Below, piece by piece: positions 51,323-62,213 of a stretch of DNA of 64,000 nt. Origin of the DNA: Atractiella rhizophila (taxonomy: Eukaryota); NCBI GenBank assembly GCA_021432655.1, contig MU271191.1:124001-188000 (forward strand), read 5' to 3'. Every line of letters starts with the position of its first letter. Within the stretch, counting starts at the first letter, position 1. The position numbers and the translations under genes were made by a program. The notes under the pieces are model-generated. The model was given only the letters and a program-made list of their open reading frames with translations. It was not told the DNA's origin and made no database searches.

Positions 51323-52421
51323 AGGAGGCAATAAGCTGTCCGTTCGCTAAAATTTTAGGCTCCAGACGATCCATCCGCCGCTCCATGCCATCTTTTTTTC
51401 TTTTCAATGACGACAACCCCAACCTGAACAAGTGCTAGTTGCCAATGATAGAGACCACTGCTTTATGACTTGACATGTTGATTTTTCTACAAGACATCTG
51501 TCCTGCAAAAGAGCTGCCCTGTTCCCACCACGGTATGTCATGGCAAATTTTGGGAGTATTAGTAAATTTCACTTGTCTCTGGCTTGTACTTCAACGGGTA
51601 GAGAATTGTGTCCCCCTTCAATCGGCCGTGACTTGTTCCATTGATGCATTGTAAATAAGGTGAAAGCAAGAACCCGGCCGTAAACATGATTGTGTTGTGT
51701 CTCCTGTGTCAAGCTTTGAAGGAGAAAGGAGACAAGCAGATATTAAATCTAGATGTCTTGTTGCCTTACTGTCAGCCTGTCAGCAAAGTCTGAAGGTATA
51801 AGAATGTGCTATCTCCGTCATTGCCCTGAATGCATGGTAGAGCAATGTCGCAGAGCGAAGTTGGTCAATGTGCGCAAATCAGCGCACAGAACAGAAGTTT
51901 TTGTACTTGTTTGCGCTCGTTTGCGCCAAGCGGGAAAAATGCAAAGGGACATAGCCCATACCTTTCTTCAATGTTATCTACGTCGTCTGAAATGGAAACG
52001 TACTCATGGGACTGTACTCAAAGAATAACGGAATGGCAACCAGTTTTTTACTGCTTCTCTTATGAAAGCTCCATCGTCACCATCCCCTGATTGATCCCAA
52101 TGTGCATTGTGAGAGTTTCCCACTTCCAGCCCCCATCCTTTCTCCCCTTCCAATTCCACTGCCATAGCTAGACGGTAAATCCTATACCTCAATGTTGAAG
52201 CATGGGAAACCTACCAGGTAACAGCATGGGTATCAAACGTATGATCAGAACCCAGATGGAGTCAGTCTCAATGTGTTTTCTAGCCTGTACGCCTCATCTT
52301 GTCCACCAACATCATGAAAGACATATTGAATGTGCATCAAGCTAGGGTCATGTCCAACATGAACAAAGAATTGTTCGATGTTTGCTCCACCAGAGATGTC
52401 GAATCCGGGTGCATTGAAGGA

Positions 52422-52948
52422 CATCTTGAAGAAAAAATCTGACTGGCCAGCGCCGATCAGGTCATCCTCTCCATCAGGCCGTAAGGCTATGGTCAGTCCG
52501 GATCAGTCATGGTATTATTATGATGGATGTAAGGGCGGAAAATGATCAGAGGTTTGTCAGCGTTAAAGGGTCTCAGTATCAGAACCGAATCAGGAGATGA
52601 TCAGACCACCAAATGCGCATCATCTGGCACTCATCAGACTTGCTTCAGATGCAAATCACGTTGGGATCACAACTCTGACATTAATCTGTCAGACACTGAT
52701 CATCCAGCAGCTGGCTCCATCTGATTTCGATATTTTGTTTGTTTTCTTGTCCTTATTCCTGCCTGGTGCAATTAACTACGTTACTAAAATCCTTACATTG
52801 CATGTCCTGCTACCGAAACCCAATTTTATGGTCGTATTGATTACCATTCCTCCCACTCCATTCTCAGAACTCCTCAGCTTGAAATTAAACCGATCATCTA
52901 ATTCCAATCGATCACAGGAGCGGTCGCACAGCTTAGTGGCGCGGAGGG
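52422..52948. repeat. Direct repeat copy B (~527 bp)
   Basis: Colinear with 50795-51322. Confidence 0.93.
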
Positions 52949-53924
52949 GAACGTGATAGGGTTAACCGCTGTATATTGCTGGATGGGATGGATAGCTGGA
53001 CTGCAAAGGAGCATTCCACCAGAGGTATCGGTCCAAGAGGTGCTAAAAGCTAGATAATCAGCATTTGGAGTGGAAGGGTTAGTAGATGAAATACATAAGA
53101 CCTAATATGGTGAGAGGTTCAAAGGCGGATCTGTTGATATATCCTGCCAACTGCAAAAGGCTAGCCACAAGGCAATCTGTCTATTGAGCGGAAGAGGAAA
53201 ATAGAGCAAAAAGGGACAAGTTATTTGATCAGAGCTAGATGCAATACACGAACATGTATTCATCAGCCACAATGCTGATCTGCTGAAAAGTGAAAGGCGG
53301 CTGACACCGACTGAGATACAGCCAAAGTTACCCAGTTCTACGAAAAAAAGCATGCTCATTTATATCACAAGTCATCATAAGCTCAAACGTAAGGGTATGA
53401 GATCAGCCACAGCAACTACCCCGCCACTTGGAGGTAAAACCACATACTTCATGTCAATAGGTTCGTCGACCTACCCCTTCCACCTACACCACCTTTCTTT
53501 GCCACCGAAGTATTTGACTGCTGATTATTCAAGCATGATAACCAAGAATAGTCATCTTGAGTTCAAATCAAAAGATCCGGTGTAATGGGGAGAGTTGGCG
53601 GAAAGCGCTAGGACGTTATACGAGTTATGGTCGAATTTTGGACAGCAAGAACCTTAGGGGTTAACTGCTCACCAGAGGGCCCCAGCGGTAAGCGTGAGGG
53701 ACTTGCTTGTTTTACTAAAATAACGTGTCCATCTCCATCACAGCTCCCCTGCATTACAGTAACTCAAATTAGAAATGGAAGTTCGATAAAATGGGAGATA
53801 TTGGACGGAGTGCTGAGCATGCATAGATGTTTGTGGGTTTAGTTCCTTGTCATGACTTAAATTAAGACACTTGCAATTCATGGTCTATGCACAAGAATGT
53901 TCGTTGTATGTTAGAAGTGATCTA

Positions 53925-55410
53925 TTACTCTACATTCTCCCCACCTTGCTCCTCCATGAAATCCATACCAAATCCATCCAAAATATCTTTATCGTCAGCA
54001 GTTTCGTCGCGTAAGGTAGTACCGTTGTCTCTTGCATCATCACGAGGGAATACTTCCCTGTTCCAGAGTTGTATGAGATGATGGAACTTGTCGGCATGTT
54101 GTCTCTGAAGGCTGTCGAGTAGTGTGACGGTGCGTTGAAAATGGTCCCGATAATTGTTCACCTGTTGTGCATTTGGAAGGATTGGCACTCTTCCTTCGGC
54201 CGCAAAGATGGGGTCAGCGCTTAAGGCATAACGTGCCTACTTATCCTTGAGAATTGGTGTGAAGGGATAAATAAAGGAACGAACCAGAGTTGAGCAGTAT
54301 GCCATCAGTGGAATTGTGATTTGGAAGATGGAAAGCTCTTTGCCGATTGTCGAAGCTCGAGCTTTCTCAGTTGTGCTATTGATGGCGGCCGGTCCATGAA
54401 TGATGATGCGCGCCACCTAGTAACCTCAACAATAAACAATAAATCTCAGGTAATAATGAAGAGGCACCTTGAATAAAGCTGTAGATCGGAGATAGGCACC
54501 TGCTTTAACCGCCTTCTTATGTGCTTCACTGCAATGAGCAGGCAAATTGTACGGCGCGTAAAGATAGGTTTGCTCCTCTATGTGTTTATGAACTTCTTCA
54601 TCTTCTTGGCGCTTTTTTGGGATCCTGAGTTCTACAGAGGAGGCAGTCTTGATGTCAAAAAAATCGTCAAAAGATCACGCATCCTCTTTGCATTGTCGCT
54701 TTTCTGTTCAGATATCCCTCGACAGACCTGCCACTGATTGTTAGAAGGATAAAGAGGTTTATGAACGTGCCGACCTCTTTCTGAAACCACTCGCTATTAT
54801 GCCATTCCAAAGCTTCTGGTGGGAGGCGGCCAAGGATGAACTTGACAAAGTTGGATTTGTAATATTGACCACAAACCTCCCACATCTGATTTCTTCTCTT
54901 CTTCTCCCTGATCTCATCCTCATCCTCATCCTCGCCCCATTCCTCATCATCTGAAACACCATCAATCTCTCTGTCATCCTCGCACTCTGTAACCTCTGAT
55001 CGTTGCAGGAAAATGTTTTCGAACCTCATCGCCCAAGGATGATACAAAAGGACAGATGCTTTTCCAGCGTGATATGCTTGGATCTTTGCTAGCCTAGTGG
55101 GTGCGGCAGGCATAACACGAGTAGAACGACGCCGTTTTGAGGGAGGTTCATTGCTGGCAAAGTGCACAGCTTCTTGCAGAGCAGCCAGTTGCTCTTGCAG
55201 TTGAGCACGCTCTTCTTCCCACTGCTGTCGTTCATCATCCCCCCTTGCTACAATGTTCTGAAGCAGACTGAGCTCTTTTCTTTCCTCGGCCAGCTATGCC
55301 TTGCCCTATAACCTTTCCTTTCATAATAAGAGAAGACGACGCACCTGAGCTTTTAACATACTATACTTCCTCTTATAAGCTGTTCTTGTATTATTTTCTT
55401 GGTCTGACAT
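53925..55410 (-). CDS. Transposon-associated protein, coiled-coil N-terminus and DUF6698-like C-terminus, multi-exon
   Basis: ATG at 55410. RQQWEEERAQLQEQLAALQE coil. C-terminal ITIPLMAYCSTL/ARYALS...NYRDHF...LIQLWNREVFP resembles my recollection of fungal DUF6698; not searched. Confidence 0.55.
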
Positions 55411-55617
55411 GATTCCGTCAGGCTTTCGGAAATATTGAGAAGGACCAGTAGTCACGTTGTTCAAGTGCAAGGAAAGCAGAAGGCATCAGCCTTTTCAAGC
55501 CCGCTGTGCCAAAGTAAACATTGTGACGTCATGCAACACGTCACGCGTCCATCAAAACAACAACTTCCTCATTGTCTTTTCAGCTCTTTCTACATTTTCA
55601 GTGCTAGTTCGATTCAA
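55411..55617. promoter_or_regulatory. Putative 207-bp bidirectional promoter
   Basis: Lies between divergent ATGs. GTAAACA 55514-55520, TGACGTCA 55524-55531, ACGCGT 55543-55548. Confidence 0.45.
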
Positions 55618-58600
55618 ATGGCTCCTCGCTACACCAGAATCAATGCGATCAAGAAACTACCAAGCAATCAAGTGGAATGCCCTGATTGCCATCAAGTCTT
55701 CTTGCATGCCAAAGGCGGGCTCAAGAAACATTGTGCGAGGCCAACATCCAATTGTTCCACATGCAGCAGGTTGGAAGGCGGTAAAAGTAGACGGAAGAAT
55801 GGCAGGAAGGAATGAAGATGTGAGCATAATGCTGATTAAGCTAGGACGAGATGCTGAAGAGTTTTCAAGATAGAGCATATGAGCTCAGAATCAGACTTCT
55901 CAGAAGAACGAGAACATGGCATTGACACATCCCCATTCGCTGCCATGCAAGATAATCAAGGTCTGTCTGTGTTCTGATATTAAACCATTCGAAATCCAAA
56001 ACAAGGTGATCTAATCGCTGAATCAAGGGCCAGATTTCGGCACCATCGTCAACCCTTGGCCTCTATGGAATTCTTCTCCCCATCTATCTACCTTAGGCAA
56101 CAACTTATCATCCCTATCTCCGTCCAGCTTCAGTTCCAATGAGGATGAAGATGGAGATCTGAAAGAACATCTCGGCGGCCCATACTTCCAGTACCACCAT
56201 CCAGATTCACATCATGACCGTCCATCTATCATACCCTTTGCTAGTGAAGTTCCAACTCTTCCTCCCTATCATCCATTCAAAAGCGAGATCGACTATGAAA
56301 TGGCTGCCCATGCCTTTTTTCAAGGAATGACACAATCGGATACCACAGCATTTTTTCGGAACCTCAAGAAACGTAGGCTCCCTGAATTCAGTTTAGATTC
56401 ATTTAAGGATATGAGGGAGACATTAAGGAGGGACAAACGAAGTGTAACGGCCGGGGTGAGCTCATTTTAAAGCTATTTATGAGCTCTTACTAACGCAATC
56501 AACAGTTCCAACACCATATAGTTTCAGCGGAGTTAGAGAGCAAGACTATCAAGCATCATGTCTATATACGGGATCCTATCGAGATCATGAAAGAGGTGAT
56601 CCACGACGATACTGTACGAGAGTCAATGCAGTTCTACCCAGTCAAGAAGTTCAAACAGACTGAGGACGTTCCATGTCGCAATGTGAGAACTTATGATGAG
56701 CTGTGGACTACTAGGCGCTGCTGGAGATATCAGGTTCACATATTCTCTCGCATTCACATCAATTATATACTTACTAGTACTCCAGGATTCTCTTCCCAAT
56801 CCAAATGGGTGTATCGGTGCAATCATCTTTTATACAGATGGAACAAGTGCCGTCAAGTTTGGACAGAAAACTGTGCATCCCATGTATATGTGGCTTGCAA
56901 ATGTTCCACTTCGAGAGAGGAGTAGTGACAGTAAAGGAGGGTGCCAACTCATTGGATTTCAACCCGAAGTAAGCAAGCTTCAAGTTATCCTTGCTCCTCT
57001 GAGGTACTGACCACGAAATATTTAGATTGTTGGCACGGATAAGCAAAAGAAGGACAAAAAATTCCGGCTGTACAAGCGTTCGGTATACCACAAAGTCATT
57101 GGTATTGTCTTGAAGGGCATTCATCGATATGAACATGTAGGGTTCAAGGTGCAAGTCGGCCACTCCTTCAACAAGTTGATATTCCCGCGTATTTTCATGC
57201 TGCAGGCTGATATGGCTGAGTTGTGAGAACTGCTTTACTTTGATAAAACATCTACTTACCGGTTTCCAGATACACCCTCCTATTGCTACTCGGCATTGGG
57301 TCTGAATTTCGCTGTCCAATCTGCCTTGCTCCCAAAGGAGAGCTTCACAACCTCTCACGCCAGTTTTTTAAACGCAGTCAGAAACAGGTTCGACGTGACC
57401 TTTTTCGATATGAAGAGACACAAGCCGAAAGCGGGACAGTTGCAGCGGCAAAGGAACTAACGAGCCGGTCTTCCCTTCGGCCTGAGAAGGTATGTGGTTG
57501 CCTGCTTGAGCCTTTGTCATAACTTGAAAGCTGAAATGCTTGGCCAGTCCGCTTTCAGCAGACTGGAATGTACCGATATCTACAATTGCATTGCTGCTGA
57601 TCCATTGCACGTTTTTGGTGGTTTGTACAAAGATCACGTCATGTGTAAGCTCTTTGAGAAACTTTTAAACTCGCAGAAGGAGAAAATTGACTCGGAGTAA
57701 GTTACTTTCGACCTTTCACATTTACTGAGAGCTTGTTTCGACAGCCTCAGTTCACTACCAACATTTGGTTCACTGCGCCACGTTTCAAAACGTGGCCTAA
57801 CAAACTTAGAGAGTTTTACCTGCATGGAGATTCAAGATGCAATGAAGGCACGTAATCTCTCTACTGTGCTGGTATGGATATCAAGTTTTACCACAGTCTT
57901 TAATCGTTGGCATGATTGGGATTCTTCCGGCTGAGCTTGAGCAAGAAGCTGTTCCAGCCCTACGAGACCTGGTAGCTTTCGAGGTGATCGTAAAGATGCA
58001 CGTTCAAGACGAAGACAGAATCCTTGTGCTTCGACAGGAGAAGCTCGTAGCTGTTGAAAGGGCTTTGAAGGTTTGTCTTGTCCTTCTTCTCACACCATAC
58101 TTTTTGTTTAGTTGACATGACAGACTCTGAGCGAACATTTCGGAATGTCTACAACGTTCCCAAAAGGACATCTACCCCCACACTTTGTTGACCTCATCGC
58201 TGAGGGTGGAACCTTGGACCATCAAACGACAGCCCATGGTGAACGATCCCACCGTCCACTGAAAGAGCACATCATTGCTCGAGTGCTTCATAGCAACATA
58301 GCGGGGAGACGGAGCTATCAGTAAGCAGCCATTCAAACATTCATGTTTCGCACTTTGCAGAATGCTGACCTGTGACACGATACTGTGTTAGATGGCTCAA
58401 CGTGCGTTCGAAATGATGCAACTTCAAGCCATTGGCCGCCGCATCGAAGCAGCAAAACTTGCTCAAGGGAGTAGTTGCGAGAACGAGCGAGCAATTCCAC
58501 ACAAAAGGCAAGGCTCCATTGAACGCTCCGGTTTGTGCGGCGAGTCGAGGACCTTTCATGTTCAGACTTACTTTGACAAGTTATCCACTGAATTCGAAAC

Positions 58601-59177
58601 ACATCAGGACCTTGCAACGGACCTCCGTCTTTTCCTGCTCCAACTTCTAGATCCTTCAGCTCCGGCACGGGTGCGCCAGGAGCGATTGCCTCAGATTGAC
58701 AATTCTACGGTTTTCTTCCTTACATCATCCTCACGCTTTTGCTGGCTAACTTCGGGTATTCAGGTTCAAGACTTCACCCTCTTCCGCTGTCCATTCACTT
58801 CGTTTGTCGATCAAAGGATATACGAAGATTACCTTCGATGTCACCCCAATTGGCAGAAGAAAGCGCCGCGATACGACGACGCTATTCTGCAAAATAAGGA
58901 TGGCACAATTTCATTTGCGCGGCTTGTTCGATTACTTTCTTGTTGCGTTGAAGGGAATGAGTTTCATATCATTGTCTTCCGCGAGTACACTTGGATTGGT
59001 AGGCACCAGGTTTCTGGTATGCCCTTTGTGCATGGTGGAGATCGGTTTAGCTTTGGTATCACGGACAACATTGTGCGAGGCTGCTACGTTCAGCCAGACC
59101 CTGTTGAACATACATTTTATCACATCAATGATCTTGCTGAGGCGGATTTATTTTTAGGCTTAGAACGCCTCTTGTGA
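55618..59177 (+). CDS. Plavaka-family transposase, multi-exon
   Basis: N-terminal CPDC...LKKH, YHPFKSEIDY, YIRDPIE, YDELWT, IIFYTDGT, HPMYMWLANVP...R, QADMAE, CPICLAPK, ADPLH, FPKGH...HF...I..GG....T..GERSH, C-terminal CHPNW...PRYDDAI. Confidence 0.8.
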
Positions 59178-59486
59178 AGTTAGTTATCATCTCACATTAC
59201 TGATGTTGACCGCTATGGATAGTATTCCACATTTAGTAGATGAACTTTTACATATGTAGTGATCACCATCTGATCAATGCCCATCTGATGAAACCAGCTT
59301 ATCAGTCGCGTATCACCTCCATTTGAGCTCCGATCAGGTCAAGTTCAACCCGTGCCAGCCACCAGCATCCGTCAGGCGGTGATCAGTCAACAAAGATTTT
59401 CGTGATGGAGGAACTGCTCGAAATGCATATACACGTTGGTTCTGTCGCAAAGTCCAATGAGCTTCTAATACCTGAGCCGACTCCCA

Positions 59487-59636
59487 CTGCACACTCTCTA
59501 TCCTCCTCCTAGTGGTCGAGAGACACATGATTCCCTTCAAATCATCTCTTGGATCCTCAAAGTCCAACACAAGGCTCTTTCCGTGGCGGGAACAGGAGAT
59601 AAGCGTGGTGCGACCTTTCAACGAGTTTGCATTGAT
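59487..59636 (+). pseudogene. PUS7: Fragment of TruD-family pseudouridine synthase; weaker similarity may extend to ~59810
   Basis: An unlisted frame reads LHTLYPPPSGRETHDSLQIISWILKVQHKALSVAGTGDKRGATFQRVCID, matching the Pus7 LHFTLYKEN.DT...AGTKD.R..T.QRV motif. Confidence 0.7.
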
Positions 59637-59919
59637 GTCAACGGCGCTAGGTGGTCTGGCGTTTGCATGGTGCTTATCCGCCCTCCTCACGCCTTTGTCA
59701 AGGAATAATCCTCAGCTCAGTTTCAACACCTTCTCCTATGCAGTCTCGCTAGTGTTACTTTCCTCTGATGAGGAATAACTAACGGATAAACTCTGGGAAC
59801 CGAACCGCCTCAGGCAGTAGGACGTAGGTACGATTATGATCATTGTATTCTAACTGTGCATGCCGCAAGAGTGCAGATGAATTCGAAGATTCCTCGGAAG
59901 GGGAGGCGAGCTTTGTGAG

Positions 59920-62010
59920 ATGTTATCCGTCGAACCCGACACAGACGACGAAGGAGAGAGTAGCACGGCGGCTACCTCGCTCGATACCTTGGTTCAGCAG
60001 AAACAGTATGCTCCTTTCGTGAATGGGGTGTTTGGTGGAAAGTTGAATAGTTTCATCATTTGCGATGAGTGCAAACATGTCAGTTCTTCCAGTTGTGCAC
60101 GATGTGAAACTGAGGACGGGACAGATTTCGATGACTCAAGAAGACTTCTTTGGTATCTCTCTGCCCCTCAAATCCGACGAGAGCAAACTTCGAAAGGTCC
60201 GTATTCGTCTATCACCAGTCTGCTTGGCTGATATTGTTCATCGTCTACGCAGAGAGACAAGCTCCGTCGCTCTTTGCAGGGCAACTTCTTCAACTCTAAA
60301 GCGAAGATCGAAGCCGCAAAGAAAAACGAGAACATTGCCGTCGTGCGTCCAGCCGTGAAGAGGCAACAATCCATCTCTTTATCCGACGCCTCTGCTTCCC
60401 CCTCCACTTCCGAAGCCGAGTCAGATCAGTCTCCCATAGACTCCAAGCTCTCCCGTCGGCGCTCTCTCGACCCTGCTCACCTACGGAGCGGGAAGAAGCA
60501 GGAGAAAACGGGAGAGAAGACCCCTCGGGACCTTTCTCCTTCCCGCTTGGGAGGTTTGGGGAGGAGCATCTCTGTGCGCAGTAAGGGAGAGAAAGAGAGA
60601 GAGAAGCCACCGGCTGTTAAAGTAAGCAGGGAACAACAGGCATACATCAAGACCCTTTTGACCGAGGTTCCCGCACCTTCTCCTATTGCTGGCCTCCGTT
60701 GGTCGACCCCACACGGTGCAGTAGGAGGATCGAATCCTACGGTTTTGGTTGATCCTGGAGTGCAAAAGGTGGATCAGTCGAACACAGGATTGTACGAATG
60801 TTTGAGGATGTTCACCCAGGTGGAAGACTTGGACGAGGCGAACCTATTTGCTTGCGAGAATTGTTGGAAAATGACCCATCGGAAGAAACACAAAGATCAG
60901 AAGAAGAGGAGGGAGGCGATAGAACAGGCCGCGAAGGCAAGATCCGCAGAACCCTCTCCAGCACTATCTGTTGGCGGCTCCCTTATGAACGCTCTTAGCC
61001 GAAGTACGGAATCTCTGCCCCTCCATGCTCCTAAAAGGTCCGGGACTATCACAAGCCAATCGAGTCATAGGAGGGCGAGTGAGAAAGAGGAAACCTCCTC
61101 GATCAAGGAACTGGTTGCAAGCGGGATGCGTATGGCTGCCGTCTCGAGCCCTTCCTTAGCCTCTTCAATTGGGAAGGAAGGTACGACGGACGAGAGCGAT
61201 GCGTCTTCCCTGAATGATATCTCGGACCCTCCTCACTCCGCCAAGTCTACTACGACCTCGATCAATGTCGAGTATGTTGATGATACAACATTGCCTCCAG
61301 TTTCCAGAACGGATACGGTTGCCTCATTTGTCAGCGATGACGAACCGAGTTTGAAAGCGGGAGATCCAGAATCCATTTCATCATCGCCCGGTAACATCAA
61401 TGATCCACTTCCTTCACCTGCCCATTCAGCAACCTCGCTCGCTTCCTCCATTTCTTTTGCCACAGACACCGCTCCCCCTAGACCCCTTTCCAAGCCTAAA
61501 GGTCCGAAGTACATCCTCCGGAAAGCAAAGAAACGATACCTCATCGACCCCCACCAACTTCCACCTGTGCTGATTTTGCACTTCAAGCGGTTTTCCCAGT
61601 CCTCAAGGACTCTGTTTTCCGGGAACTTCTCCACGCTGAAGAAGAGGGACGACGAAGTGAGTTTCCCAGAAATCCTCGACCTCGCCCCATTCCTAGCGCC
61701 TTGGGGTCGACCTCCAAAGTATAAGGAGGAGTCGCGCGGTCTTCATCTCCACCTTCCTCACCTAAGCGATTCATCCTCTTCGCTCCCAAATGTTCGAAGT
61801 AAATATCAGCTTACTGGAGTGGTCGTACATCTCGGCTCTACCCTTGGTGGAGGACACTACGTTTCGTATAACCTCACGTCACGCGTGAAGAGCAAGAGCG
61901 GGAAACCGGAAAGGAGATGGGTTTATTGTTCGGACGAGAAGATCACACCTACGACCATCTCGGAGGTTCTGAAGGCGAAGGCCTACTTGTTATTCTATGA
62001 GAAGATATAA
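59920..62010 (+). CDS. Ubiquitin-specific protease (peptidase C19), C-terminal two-thirds; Cys box not found
   Basis: FVNGVFGGKL.S.IICDECKH, EDFFGISLP, LYECLRMFTQVEDL...FACENC, LPPVLILHFKRF, VSFPEILDL, YQLTGVVVHLG...GGHYVSY, SDE, AYLLFYEK. Introns at ~60079-60124 and ~60197-60252. Confidence 0.9.
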
Positions 62011-62213
62011 ACCATGAAGCTCTTTGGATACCCTGGGGGTGAACGTTATCTTAGACTGTAGCCAAAGCACTTGCTTATGCATACATACCATTGTTGTTCC
62101 ACGTAATCTGGTTGTCGTTGATACAGATACATCACTTGCACTAACTACTGAATACAACGAATGGACATTTGCACACCACTGCTGCATCATGAAAAGCAAT
62201 AACTTTCTTCGTT

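Noticed and set aside
50795..52948. Direct repeats as LTRs of a TRIM
   Set aside because: No TG...CA ends, PBS, PPT or TSD seen.
49400..59400. TET/JBP dioxygenase gene near Plavaka
   Set aside because: No HxD...H...R dioxygenase pattern recognised in nearby ORFs.
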